NCBI GenBank assembly: GCA_965178125.1
Contig: OZ237753.1
Location: 930,001-994,000 of the forward strand
Source of the DNA: Bilabrum cf. latius
Taxonomy: Eukaryota
Length of the DNA: 64,000 nucleotides
Reading direction: 5' to 3'
Position numbers and translations under genes: made by a program
Shown here: positions 24,061 through 37,609 of the stretch, piece after piece
Position numbering within the stretch: position 1 is the stretch's first letter
How the letters are laid out: every line of letters starts with the position of its first letter
The notes under the pieces: model-generated
What the model was told of the DNA's origin: nothing
The model's database searches: none
The model's input: only the letters and a program-made list of their open reading frames with translations

Positions 24061-25646
24061 CAGCACGCTGTCCGTCACTGGCACCCTGAACGCCTGGCCA
24101 CTGGACACACCCCCGAGCGCCCCCAACCCGCCGCCCAGCCCGGCACCTCCCGCCGCCGCTCCTTCTCCCTTGAGCTCGTACACAGTCCCGGTCAGCGGGT
24201 CCAGCAGCGCTGGCTCCTAGATGGCCGTCGAGTTGGTCGCAAGTTGCCCGTGCACAGTTCCGGTCTGGTCCTCGTTGACGGGCGTGTGGTGTGACCCCCA
24301 GAAAGCGAGCATGGTGTGGCCCCCGGGGCTGCTGAAAGAGAACTGCTGGGTGACGGGGCCGTCGCCCGAGGGGTCCTTGGACGGAGCTGGCAGCGGGTCC
24401 GTCAGGCTGAGTACGACGAGTGCGTCCTCGTTGGCGGTAAACGTGCTGGGGATCGCGTTGAAGACCCTCTGCGCAGCGTAGTAGGCAATCTTTGCGTGCG
24501 TCACGGTCGGGTCTGGGCAGTCGACGGCGAGGACACCCTTGTAGTTCTGCTCCGAGTTGTAGCACATGTCCACCATCGAGAAGAGGTTCGAGGGAATGTC
24601 CCGGGCCGCGTCCCCCACGAGTCGCCTCGTGGCCCACTTGGCCTGCGAGCACTCGGTCCAGTTGTACCCCGACAGGGCGCCGTACCTGCCCCCGCGGGAG
24701 GGCGCCCCGTTCTCGCCCTGGAATATCCTCGTGTCCGGGGCGATGGCGTGCAGCTTCTCGCGGAGGTCCTTGATGGAGTCGTAGGATGTGTCCGGGTTGT
24801 ACGAGTACGGGTGGAACGTGAACTGGTTGAAGAGGTCCAGCGCGCCCGCCTTCTTGAATGTCTCAGCGAGCGCCTCGGCCAGGCCGGTGTTCACGCCGGC
24901 CGAGACGCCGGCGATGATGATGGAGTCCGACTGGGTGGCTCGCACCTACTTGGCCACTGTAAGGGCAAAGTCGCAGTAAGACTGCTCGCCCGCTCCGGCG
25001 TGCAGGGGTTCGCTGCGGACAGTAGGGGAGTGGTGGGCGGCTGGACAGGGCGAACGGGCAGTGCATCGGAATGACTAAACTGAATTTCAAATGGTCGCTC
25101 CACTTGGCGGGGCAGTGCTCACTTCCAGATCTCCCATTCTTTCACACCGAGTGCACCGTACCTCTTCACAGCCGCAGTGGACCAGTCCAAAAAAGCGGTG
25201 AGAGCCTCCCCGGTCGGAAAGGGGGACTTGGTCGAGTTATTGCCGCCTCCAGGGTAGATCGGGTTCCCGTACGACAGCTCAATCCATGGCATCACACCAA
25301 CATTCACCATTCCGTGTACAATCTCGTCCATCCACTCCCAAGAGTAGGTCCCCTTTGTCTTCTCGGTGCGAGCCCAACCGCCTTGCAGCCTAGCACGCTT
25401 GGCACCCAGCGCCGGCAAGTATTTTGACCATTTGTCAAACACTGTGTAATTACGGTCCATCGTTTCGGCGCCAATGGACCAGGCATTGTCGGATGCAGGC
25501 AGATCGGCCGCAGTTGCAGTCTTGAGCTACCCGATCTTCTGCCATCCAAGATCCTGTGCCATGTTCGAGTCGATGCCGCAGTCTGCATACGCAGTGGATA
25601 CAATGAAAACGATAAGTCCTCGAATCATCTGTGCTGCGCTCTTCAT
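24025..25646 (-). CDS. Secreted clan GH-A glycoside hydrolase (GH39/GH5-like)
   Basis: Signal peptide, IGAETMDR, ARLQGGWARTEK, LSYGNPIY, WEIWN|EP assembled across intron 25013-25122, FHPY, QGENG. TAG at 25527, 24946 and 24217; TGA 24025. Confidence 0.8.
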
Positions 25647-25906
25647 ACTTGCCAATGTATGGTGGAAGTGAACATTGAGATCGGTGATGCGTCACGCCCT
25701 GCCGCAAGGCGCGGCGCCCGCTGCGACCAAACGCGAAGTGCACGATCAACAAGGGCGCTGGTAGCAGCCAAAAGTAATTCCGTTCCCGTCGACGACTGGA
25801 TCTTGCGGAACCACGAACCACCCCAGTGGAGAACCAGGACAGCTGACAGTCGCACCTCGTCTCAGCAATTAGCGGCAAGCAATCAGAGCAGGAGATACCA
25901 GTACAG

Positions 25907-26654
25907 TTACTTTCCCTCGGCGCCCTTGCCCTTCCCAGCCTCCTCCTCGAGCTGTGCGTTCAGCGCCACGTAGTCGACCGGCTTGCTCGCTGCCCTTCGC
26001 CTCCGCTTGAACACCCGCTCCCCTCCTCCTGCCGCTCCCCGCTCCGGCTGCACCCCGCGCTTGGACCCCACTGCGGGGTCACCGCCCTCCGCTGCCCTCT
26101 TCATCGCCTCCTCCCTCTCCCGTTGTTCCCTGGCTCGCAGCGCCTCCTCCTCCTTCCGAAACAGCCCCGCCTCCTCCTCGGCGTTGTACCCCCGGGAAAG
26201 CCCACTCGACAGCGCGCCCACGTGCGCCAGCGCAGACCGTGCAAATGCACTGGCAGCCCCTCCCTGCACCCTGTAGCCCCCCTCCAGCACACTCACCACC
26301 CGCCCATGGCACCTCCGGTTGGCGATCCGCAGCAGGCACCTGGTCACCCAGGCGTAGTCTTCCTCCCGCAGCACGCCGTACCCGTGGTTCAGCTCGTCCT
26401 TCGCGTGCGCGTCGAACCCCGCAGAAATGAAAATCATGTCGGGGTCGAATGCGTCCACCCGCGGCAGCACCTCCTCCACCATGAGCCGGCGCCAGTCCCT
26501 CGCCGAGTGACCCACGGGCAGACCCACGTTCAGCACGGATGGGGCAGAGGACAGGCCCAGCCTGGGTGCGCCCGTGGCAGGGGCTCTGTGAGTACCGTAA
26601 TGAGAATCGGCAGCGGCCCGTGGTGCTTCCGTCGGGAGAGAGGACGAAGACGAA

Positions 26655-26687
<33 letters not shown>

Positions 26688-29120
26688 CGCGTTTCGGGCG
26701 CCTGTCCCGCTACCTGAGCCTTGGGCGCGAGGCCTCCCACCCTGGCAGGGTCCAGGCCCTCTCCGAGCTTGTTCCCTGACACCCCTTCCACGGGACCAGA
26801 GGCGGGGTAGAACCACGGGCCGGGCAGCCCCTTCGGCTTGCTCTCCTCCTCCTTGTTCTCCTTCTCGTCCCCCTCATCGTCGCCTCCACTCATGGGGGCC
26901 TGGCCACCTGCTGCTGCCTTGGAGACACCGTCCACCTGCTGCGCCTGCGCCTCCATCTTACGAGCCAGCGCCTCTGCACCGGCGGGGTCCCGCTTGCCGT
27001 ACCCGTGCAAGCTCACGAACATGGTGCTGTCCCCATCCTGCCCGTCCAGCCACGGCTTAAAGCTGCCCTGCTTCGCGCGGTAGCTGCCCAGCGGGAGCGC
27101 ACCACCCGTCTGCACCGCAGTGGGCTGCAGGTTCCGCACGACTGCCTCGGTCCCGTTCCCGTGATGCACGTCGAAGTCGAAGATCACCACACGGCGGACC
27201 GCGTGCTCCGTGCGGGCATACCGCGAGACAGCGTATGCCGCGCCCACTGCAACGTTGTTCACTAGACAGAACCCCTGCGGTGTGAAATTCGGGAGAAAGC
27301 GAACGGGGGGTAAGGCTTGCTGCTTGCAATCGCTAACGAATCGCGACGCGATGCGATATGAATCCGCAAACGAGGTACTGTGGTTTGCTCACGTGACTTC
27401 CGTGCGGATCGTTCGGGCAGGTCACAAGCCCAAAAGGACCCGCGTGGTGGCCAGGAGGACGTACGGCGCAGAACGCATTCCTGGCCCTCCCGGCCACCAC
27501 CCTGTCTACGGCGAGGCAGACGGACCCGGCCGCCCGCAGCACGGCATCCAGAGTCCCCGGAGACACCGCCGTGTCCATGTCAAGGTGCTCCAGCCCGCCC
27601 GTGCCCTCGGCCCGTCTGCACGCTTCCACCAGCCTCTGCACGTGGCTGTACTCGTGCACTCGCAGCACGTCCGCGATGCATGCCCTGGGCGCCTCTTCCC
27701 AGGCGGTGCGGCTGGCCAGGCAGCCCGCCCGCAGCACGCCCACGCGCGCGTCCACCAGCCAGCGCAACCTCTCGGGATTCTCGGGGGCGGGCTCCCCCAT
27801 GGGGCTCCGCTTGTAGTCCTATTGGCTGGTGAGGTGCTGCATGCAGTCCGGGTGCGTGACCAGCAGCGTGCACGAGGGTGCCGGGGGGGATTGGGGGGAG
27901 GTGGAGGCAACCCCCTGGCTGTCCGTCCCGGAAGCGGGCGATGCCTTGGATGTCCCAGGTGATGGAGACGATAGTGCGGAGGAAGAAGAAGAGGAAGAAG
28001 AAGCGGCCTGGGCCTCGACGGCCTCCTGGTGCACCCTCGCGGCCACAGAGCCGTCGCCCCCCTGCGACCGCACGGGGGCGGGGGTGGCTCTATGCGTGGG
28101 CTCCTGGCTCTCCATGGCGGACCGACCGTCCAGAGCGCGCAGCTCCGCGGCAGCCTCGGGCCCCATGGCGTGGACGAGGCGGTCGGCGAGCGCGGGGTGT
28201 CCCCCCGCCGAGGCCGAGTGTGCGGGGGTGCGGCCCAGGGCGTCTTGTGCCCTGGCCGAGGCGCCGCGCGATAGAAGAAGTTCCGCTGCCTCGCTCTGTC
28301 CGAACTCGGCGGCGCAGTGAAGCGGGGTGCGTCCCTGCCTGTCCCTGGCCCCGAGCAACTGCTCCACCCGCTGCTCGCCCGCCTCGTCTTGGGCCTCGGC
28401 GGCAGACGATGCCGCCCCTTCCGCCTCTCCTTTCTTGGAGTCACCACCGCCGCCCTGCTTGCTCCTGGCCGCGTCGAAGGCCTCCTGCGACACGTCAAAG
28501 TCCTCCATTAGGATTGATCGCCGCCTCTCGTCCGGCTCTTCAAGCAGCATCCTGAGGATGCCCTCGTCCACGCCACCCGAGCCCTTATCGCCACCTGTCC
28601 CCGAGCCCAAGGCCCCGCCGTCTGCTGATTTAACGGCCGTAATGATCGTCTCCAAGCACTTGGTGAGCCCGTTGGCAGCTGCGATGTGTGCTGGGCCTTG
28701 CCCGTCGTCATCCACCCGAGTCGGGGAGCACCCGGCTTCCAGCAAGACCTCCAACGCATCGTGCGCAAACTGCGATTGGCCGCGGACCGCGCCAACCGAA
28801 AGCGCAAGGTGGATCGCCGGGGAGCCGGCGCACCCAGTTGATGGTTCGGCGCCAAGCTCGAGGGCTTTGCGGAGCGCGTCCAGCTGCGCGTGCATGATTG
28901 CCGTATGCAGCACAGTTGCCTCCCAACAATCCCGGTCGTCTATCCCGACGTCGTCTCCATCAGCCTCAGGATCGTACTCATCGTCCATTTTCTCTTCAGC
29001 TGCCTCAAATTGCTCTTGCAGCTTGTCAGCATCGCCCTCTTGCGCTGCGTCGTGCATGCCAAACGTAGTCCCAGGCTTCTACTGCATTGCAGAGCTTGAT
29101 GACTTCTAAATCCCAGACAT
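25907..29120 (-). CDS. Ankyrin-repeat plus class II-type histone deacetylase fusion
   Basis: Ankyrin repeats (ATVLHTA, GRTPLHCAA, GRTPAHSA). HDAC motifs PENPERL, RPPGHHA, GFCLVNNVA (intron 27275-27392), DFDVHHGNGT, SAGFDAH, LEGGY. TAG at 27819 plus two near the start; ends TAA 25907. Confidence 0.88.
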
Positions 29121-29581
29121 GATAAAACGGAAATCCAGGAATGACTTCAACGCTGCAGCTGAAAAGCAGTCGCTGTGACTCTTCAAACTGTCCGGCTCCC
29201 CAGTGGATCCACCGAGGAACGAACCGCTGGCCGAAGGTTCGAACTAGACATCTCTCCGCAGCGTCACTTCCACCCAGCTCACGCCGCACCGGCACACCAC
29301 CAGAAGCCTTCCCCTCTCTGGGTCTTCTTCCGGCCCCGTGCCGCGCTCCGCTTCTCTGCTCGCCGGGCACTCGGACACGGGCTTGGACGGTGCGACGCTG
29401 TTCATCAGACCGAGGCATTAAAAAATTCACGCAACAATCACACTAATCAATGTGTGTGCACAATTATTCCCACGATGAAAGAGCCAGTTGCTATGCGCAC
29501 TATCCACCGTTTCCCCTCCTCCCCGCTGCTGCTGGCTCCCTCTCACCCACAGCCTCTCTCTCTGACCCTATGTATCCTCTC

Positions 29582-31288
29582 TCATCCCAAGATGCGCCGC
29601 ATGACGGGTCGGTCGAAGTCCACGGTGAAGATGAAGCTCTTCCTCGTGTCCACGTGCACCTTCTGCCCCGATGGGTCCCCGGGCACACCCGGCTCGATGC
29701 GGATCGGCACCACCTCCTGGTGCACGTCGAGGGTGACCCGGTACCCCCTCTCGGTCAGAATGTCCAGGGCCATGTTGAGGCCCAGGGAGGAGCTCAAGAG
29801 GGACGAGTTGGACCGCACGATGGCCCGCCCGGAGAGCGCCTGCCGCATGAAGATGTGCTCGAAGTCGCTCTTGAGCATCTCCGTCACCTCCACCAGCAGC
29901 TTGGGATGGTCCCTCGCGTAGCTGTTCAGCCGCTGCACCATGTTCTGCCTCGCGTTCTTGACCACCCCTTGCGCGGGCAGGAGGGCCTTGATCACCTCGA
30001 AGGTCTGGTCCCCCAGCTCCAGAGAGCTCTGGTAGGAGAATTCGTTCATGACACGCTGGCGCACCTCCTCTGGCTCCCCCATGGCATTCACCAGGTGGAA
30101 CTGAAACCTCTCGTTGGTCAGCGACTGCACAGCGTCGTACACCTCCCTCTTGAAGACCCTGTATCTCTCCCGGGCCAGGTCCTCGCTGAGGTCGGTGGCG
30201 CGGGCCTGCACCACCTTGCCCAGGCCAGTGTCTGCCGCCATGCGGTTGGAGGCGGCCAGGCGCTAGGCACGGGCGACCTGCCTCTTCACGCTCTCCTCCT
30301 CCTCGACATACAACACCGTGATGCGGAAGATGGGCCTCCGGAAAGCATTCTTGAGCGTGGGGTGTTCCCTGAACTCGATCCTGAGGTCCATCATGCGCTG
30401 GTGCAGCTTCTTGATGATGCCGGCCTGCACCCGGGTGCGGGGAAACCCGTCCACGATGGTCCCCGCCCTGTACTTCGGCTTGAGCAGCTCGAGGAGGACG
30501 GCTTCCACCACGTGGCGGTCCGAGACCAGCTGCCCCGAGTCCTTGATGGCCTTGAACTCGGGGCTGCTGAGCAGGTTCGAGACCTCGATGGGGCCCTCGG
30601 AAAGCGTGCGCTCGGTCATGATCGCGTCTGCCATCGTGCCCTTGCCGGCGCCGGGGGCTCCGCATAGCTGCGCATAGGGGGGGGAGGGGTAGAGGAGGCA
30701 CGGCACGCGTTCAGGAATTTGTCGTATCGGACTCTTTGGGCAGCCAAAGACCTCCTCAAGCACCGAAAGGAGTGGTCGGTGCCGCGCATTAAGGTGCGCC
30801 AAGCACTGCTCGAGATCGAGCCGTTGAGGATTCGGGCCCTGCCAGTATCAGCACACGCTCACAAAGATTATCTCCTTGGGGAAAACCATGTTCTCCCTAC
30901 CAATCTTTTGTTCAATGCTGGAGAAAGCCGTCTCGAAAATAATGCCTGGATCAGTGGTCGCATCAGTTTCTTCAACGAGGTCCTCCGCAGCTTGCTGCAA
31001 TTTTTCTTTCCGAGCTGAGGCAGTTCCACCCTTTGCCCGCTCGTCAGCAACTAGCTCTGCATCGTTATCATCAAATGTGGACTTGGAACCCATGGAGAGC
31101 ATGTCTGCCTGCAGCCCAGATTGCTTTGCGGGTCGCCCAGAGTGCGCTGCGGATGCCGCGTTCCATCTCTGGCTCAACACGGCGAGCCTCCCTCTTCGAA
31201 TGATAGAATTACATACGTGATCGCTGCAAAACCTCGCAGACAAAGACAGGGCTCGACGAAGCATGGTAGGGCTGGCTCGTTTCATCAC
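29582..31288 (-). CDS. Adenylate/nucleoside monophosphate kinase with organellar targeting peptide and C-terminal extension
   Basis: Arg/Ser-rich N-terminus; FPKEIIF|LCGAPGAGKGT across intron 30668-30862; GQLVSD, VDGFPRT. TAG 30263; TGA 29582. Confidence 0.85.
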
Positions 31289-31369
31289 CCCAGCACTGGT
31301 ATTATAGCGCGCATATTGGAGACCGAATCTGAATTACGGCGGGAGGACGACGGCCGAGAGGACATCAAA

Positions 31370-34253
31370 ATGTCGTCGAGGGCGGCCAACGGTAGCAGCA
31401 AATCCGCATCCCTCGAAGCTGATAGGCTCCTTGCCTTGCAGCTGCAAGAGGAAGAAGAGGAGGAAGACAAAAAGGCGAGGCAGAGGGAGAAAAGGGGCAG
31501 AAATGGGAAGGCGAAATCAAAGCAATCGTCGAGGTCCACCGGGGCCTCGCGCAAGTCACGAAAGCCGCCCAAAAAGCCCGCAACTTCTGACCAATCAGAT
31601 AGTGACGATTCATGGGATGCTTCGGAGGCTGAATCGGGGCTTCTCGGTAAAAGACGCCGCGAACCGTCGGATGACAGCAGCACGGACGAAGAGCCCGAAC
31701 CTATCCCGCGTTTGGCCGTACCAGATTGGACTGCAGTGCCAGATCATTCAGAGCCGCAGTCTTTGCGATGGCTAGGTAAGTTTTGGAGTGCTACGTAGCT
31801 CCAACTTGCATTTTGCATGCGAGTTTGCGTTGTTGCAGGAGGTGCGCCTCAGTGCAATTCGAATCCAGGCAATTGCTCGGGTATTCACAGCTGCTGCTTC
31901 TGCTTGAGCAACGCGCACGGGAGCGATCGATTCCAACGAACTATTTGGAGCCACTACGATGGGAAGTTGGGCGTTTTCTTTCCCAGCTGGGTTTTTGAAT
32001 GGTTGAGCCAGTGCACACTGATCTGCTGCGCTGATCGATGGGTGCGTTGGCCTTTGTCACTTTATACGTCGCGATGAATTGGTATCCGATCATCCCTGCA
32101 GGGTCTAGTAGTAGCTCGGGGGGGCGCACTGCTCGCGCTGCCTCTACGACTACCAGCGCCCGAGGTTCGAGCTCGCCTAAGGGTGGCCTCGCCAAGCTGA
32201 GGGCAGCACTTCGCGACGATTGGAGGGTGAGACCGCATATCTGCATTTCTAGCTTCGCGTGCATAGCAACCTTGGATGCGTTCGTGATGAACTGCTCTGC
32301 ATCGACCTCTTTGTTCGTGGTTTCCGCAGCTGCCGGCCCTTGCCCACTCCTTGTGGCTGGTGTCAGGCACACTTCGGATCAAAAGGCAGCATTTAGGCAT
32401 AGACACGCTCGCAGAGGCCTTGGTTCGCTATGATCCCGACGGGGAAGATGGAGGAAGCGGCGAAGGGGGCAGCCAGCAAGCCGACGGCGAGGCGGCAGGC
32501 GAGCAGGAGGGCGAGGGCGAGGGGGAGGGCGGAAGCAAAGACGGAGGAGAGGAAGACGAGGGCGACGAAGGGAGTGATGAAGGAAGTGATGAGGACGGCG
32601 AGGGACGGGTGGACCCAGATGAGCTGCTCACTCCCGAGGAGCGGGGCCCCGCTGCACTCAACGAGATCATGACCAAGCTGCTGCTCCCAGGGGCCAAGGA
32701 GGTCAACCGGCTAGAGGTAGGCGAGGGGTTTGGGCCGCAGTGGTGGGAGCCCAAGCTGCGGGAATACATGCAGGACGTGATGGAGCGGTTGATGGAGCTG
32801 CGGAGGAGGCACCGCGTGCATCAGGCCGCGCGGGTGGAGCACAAGGCAGAGATGCTGAGGCAGCAGATGATGCCAGAGGAGGAGGACGAAGAGGAGGAAG
32901 AGGAAGAGGAGGATGGGAGCGATAGCGATTCCGAATAGTCCGGTAGTGAGGGCGGGGACGATGCACCCTCCAAGGGGAGCGGAAAGGCTTCGGGCAAGTC
33001 CGGTGCCGGCGTGGATGGCCAGCGGTCGATGGAGGACGGGTAGGATGGGAAGGGCCAGGGCGAGGGCCAGGACGAGGAAGGGGAAGGGGAAGGGGCCGTT
33101 GCACAGGCGCAGGGGAGCGGGAGCGCGGCATCTTCAAGCTCGTCTGCGTCGTCTGCTGGCAGCGCGGCGGCATCGTCTGGTGCATCAGGCGAAGGGGGAA
33201 ACGAGGGGGACGGTACCGGGCAGCCAACCGCGCTATCGGCCGAGGAGGCAGCGGCGCGGGCCGCCGAGGAGGAGAAATAGCAGGAGAAGCAGCGGCTGCA
33301 TCGCGAGGTGCGGAAGCGCCTGATGGATATGCACCGCCGGCTCTTCGAGAGCCCCTCGCTGTCCGAGACAGACAAAGAGGCCATGCGATGGTTGGGCGTG
33401 GTGCTGGAGCCGCTCGAGGCGCTGACTGAGCCCATTGCGGAGGTTCCCGACGACAAGAAGGCGCATGACATGGCCAGGGCGTTCGCCATCTTGCGGGAGA
33501 AGGAGGAGGAGCAGGAGGACGAGGCGAAGGAGATCGAGGAGCAGACTGGGCAGGCGGCCATGACTGACGGGGTGGAGGACGAGGACGGGGGGGAAGGCGC
33601 CGCGAGCGCAGGTGCAGGTGCAGGCGCAGGTGCAGGTGCAGGCGCAGGTGCAGGTGCAGGCGCAGGTGGCGCCGTGGCAGAAGGAACAGCAGGGAGCGCC
33701 GCTGTGCTAGCCATGGGTGACTTCGGCCCCGCCGCTGACCCGGCCCTGGAGCAGCCCCCCAAGCTGCACCCGGTGGCCACAACCCCATTCGCTGAGCTGT
33801 CCCCTCGGGCGAGGCTGCTGCTGCTGCACTGCCTGACCCAGATCCGACTCGCCCCCGGCGACTGGCTCTCGGAGTCGGTGCGCGGGATCGAGCCAGCGGA
33901 CACGAGGATGGAGCCGGTGGGCAGGGACTCGACGGGGAAGTACTACCTGCTGCGGATGCTGCCCCGTCAAGGGGTCCTCTACCGCTCCTCGGTGCCAGGC
34001 AAGCGGGCCACTCTGACCGCATACGAGTCCACGGCCCCGGCCATGGCCACTCGACGGACGGGGCAGCTGCTGGAGGGCGTGGTGCAGCACGCGGAGCAGT
34101 CGGGCAAGATGGAGGCGGCGGGGGGCGCTGACATCGCAAGCGGCGCGATGGAGGGGGGGAGCGGGGTACAGGGGGGTGAGACGGACGGCAAGGCCACCGG
34201 GGGGGCTGCGGCGGGGAGCAGTGGCCCCAAGGCTCCCTCTTCGTCCTCTTCGT

Positions 34254-34284
<31 letters not shown>

Positions 34285-37200
34285 GACTTCACCCACTCAG
34301 GTAGGTGATGCCCCCGCGCCCGGGTCCCCAGGAAGAGTGGACAGGCTGTGGCAGTACGCTCACGAGGTGGCCCAGGCGCTCATTGCAGAGTCGGACGCAG
34401 CGCACTACCGCCCCGAGGAGGAGTGCCCCGACGACCTGCCGCGCGCCACCGCGCTGCTTGTTGCCCCTCGCGCGGCCAAGTGCGTCACCCACACGCTAGA
34501 TGGTTTCCTGTCGTGGTACGAGTCGCTGGAGAAGTCCTGCAAGGGCAAGTCGAGGAGCAGCCTGGACCGTCTGCTGCTGGCCGACCTGGAGGAGGAGGCG
34601 GAGGACGTGGAGGAGGAGCAGGAGAGGAGGGAGAGGCTGGCGCGCAGGTTCGCCGCCTCCCAGGCAGTGCTCTCCGCGCCCCGCCGCAGCAGCTCCCGGC
34701 TGCTCCGGAATGACATCGGCAAGCGCGAGCAGGAGAAGAAGCAGGCCGAGCTGGCCAAGCGCCGAGCCAAGGCCCGCAAGATCGAGACCCGCCGGGCCAT
34801 CGAGGAGTCCTGCGAGATGGCTGTTCGCACGCGCAGGAGAGCCTGGCGCATCCGTTTGGCAGAGCTCTGCGTGGACCACGTGATCAAGCGTCTCGAGGAC
34901 GAGCGTATGGAGGAGGAGCAGGAGCGCATGCAGCAGCAGATGGGCGGCGGTGGGCGCCGCCTGCGGTCCGCGGTGGGACTCGGGCCCCCGCCCCCGACCG
35001 ACAACCTGACTCCGGAGCAGCGGAGGGCGCACGAGCGCGCGCTGGAGCGCGCCCGCCGAAAGCTGATCCGGCAGCGCACCCAGCTGGCGGTGGACTCCAA
35101 GAAGGCGGCCATGGCGGCGGATCGGGCCAGGGAACAAGCCCAGCTGCGGTTCGTGCGCGCCAACCGCGCCATGCAGCGGGACGCTCAGGTGCTGGCGGGG
35201 GCCTCCGACTCGCGGGTGGAACGGATCAAGGCGGACCGAGACAGTGCCCAGCAGGATATGGAGGCGGCGGCCAAGGAGGCGGCCGAGTGCTGGCACGCGA
35301 CTGTGCTCGCGGAGGAGGAGGAGAAGGCGGTGCGGGAGCTGCCGCGGTCCGAGTGGTTCGACTATGGGAACGAGGAGGCGCTGCGGCCCCTCTGGGAGCA
35401 GGCTCTGGCGGCGGCCATGCGCAGGAGGCCGGAGCTGTTCGACGCCTCGGGGTCGGTCAACTACACGGGTGCCCTGTCCCAGCTGCAGACCACCACGATG
35501 GTGAGGGGACAGGGCAGCACGCCCGGCAGCCCGTTCGGGCTCTGGGAGACGCCCGCGCGCGACCTCGCCCTGGACCCCTCGCAGCAGTCTCGCTGGTGGA
35601 GGCCCCGGCCCTTCGTGCTGCTGGGCCGGGTGCAGGAGAGGGTGGTGGTGGAGGACCCCTTCCCCAAGTATCCGGGGCCAAACGTGCCCGTGTGCGAGTA
35701 GAAGAAAGGGGGCAAGCGGCCTCTGCAGTCACCCACCCACCTGCGCATCCGGCTGAGGCGATACCACCGCCCTAAGCACGCTACTGTGGCCCGGGCGGCG
35801 CACGCGGAGGTCTTCGCGATGCTGGATGCCATGAAGTCGGCCAACGAGCTGGACCTGTACATGGCGCTGACCGATCCCATCGCGCAGCCCAAGACGAGGG
35901 CGCGCTGGAGGCAGCTCACGGCCGACATCCAGGGCCTCGCGTGCGATGCGCTGGACGAGAGGAGCGCCGCGGGGGCGGGGCAGATGCAGCAGCAGGGGGC
36001 GGGGGCGGGGGCGGGGGCGGGGGCGGGGCTGGGGCCGGAATAGGGCGGGGACCAGCCGCAGGCGTCCTCTGCGCCCGCTGCTGTGGCCATGGAGGGAGGG
36101 AGCGACTTGGAGGAGGACGAGGACCAGGACGAGAGTCCAGGGGACGGTTCGGAGCCGCTTGACCCGAGGGGCCTCTCCCGCACTGCCATCAGCCAGGCCA
36201 TGACCGCGGTGCGGACGCTGATTCCCCGCCGGCTGCAGAACGAGGAGGCTGCCCTCCGGAAGGAAGAGGCCAGGATGCAAGCCGAGGAAAGGGCCAGGGA
36301 ACAAGCCAAGCGGGAGGCGGCGCAGGCCAAGCGGCGACAGGCGATGCAGCGCGCGAGGGAGGAGAGAGAGAAGGAGATTGAAAAGGCCAGGGCGCTGACG
36401 ATGCAGGGGCAGGGGCAGGCGCAGGTGCAGGGAGGCGCGGGTGCGTCTGCGGGGTCGGCAGGTGGGTCCGCGTCCGTCTAGAGTGTCCCGTGGCCGGGCC
36501 GAGACGGCGCTGTGCTGTAGGCCATCCAGCCCGGGCAGCTATTTGCCCGCACGCCGGAGGCAGTCCTGCATGCGGTGCAGGCAGTGTGCCAGCAGCACGG
36601 GATGGTGTCTGTCTCTGATACCACCTTGCTGCCCAGGATGGCCCCCCTCCCAGGCATGCGGCTGCCGATCGCGGCGCGAGGGCAGCGCGTGGATGGGCTG
36701 TACCTGGGCATGGGATGGTGGGCGCTCGGCTCCGTGGAGGGCGGGGTGCTGGTGGTGGACTGGCAAGGGAAGGAGGCCACGATGGGGATGGAGGCGTACC
36801 ACGCCAAGCAGCGGGAGTCCGAGGCAGCCAACACTGCCATGATGTAGCAATTCCTGGCCTCAATCCAGAAGCAGGGGCAGGTGCACTTGCACATGAGTGG
36901 ACAGGGACAGGCACAGGGCTCGGCGGCGCCCCAGCTGCCAGCTGCTGCTGCTCCTGCTGCTGCTGCTGCACCGAAACCGGCAGCTGTGTCTGCCGGTGCA
37001 GCGTTTGGTCCTGCTGTAACGGCGCAGGCCTAGGGCAACCCACCCACAAGCATGCCGCCCCCCGGCTCGGCCGCTGCTCAAAGCAAGCCAGTTGCTCAGA
37101 TGGCTGCCTCCTCCTCCTCCTCCTCGTCGTCGTCGTCGTCGTCGTCGTCATCAACTTCTGCCGCCGCTGGTGGGCATGCTGCAAGCAGCGCGGCGACTAA

Positions 37201-37378
37201 CGGGAGTGAACATGGACAAGCTGTAGGAGGGGGGGTGGCTCCATCAACGGCGTCTTCCTTGCCACCGGCAAGCGCAGGCATAGATCTAGGTGCAGGCACA
37301 GGCGCGCCCGGCGGTGGCCTCCGCCCAGGGCAGGCGCAGCCCTACAACCAGGGTGGAAGCGCACCCATGCAACAATGA
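31370..37378 (+). CDS. Large chromatin protein with DDT/WHIM-like motifs (CECR2/RSF1-like ISWI partner)
   Basis: LRDDWR|LPALAHSLWL (DDT-like, spliced), FAELSPRARLLLLHCL (WHIM1-like), RMEPVGRDSTGKYY (WHIM2-like). About three 5' introns, boundaries approximate. One frame from about 32330 to TGA 37376 with at least nine TAGs. Confidence 0.65.
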
Positions 37379-37609
37379 GGTATTGCGATAGGATACAGGT
37401 GTTAATTTTTTGTTTGTATTCTGATTTCCTGCAATCACCTTGAGTCCAAGCGACCACAAGTATACTTGTTGCGACCTCGATCGAGCAAAGCGGTTGCAAC
37501 CGCTGGACGGAATGAACGGATCGATTGACGGAGTATCACATTGAATCCTACAGCTAACCAAAACATCACCTTGCCCTGCATTTTTCGTTGGTATTGAACC
37601 TTTAGTGCA

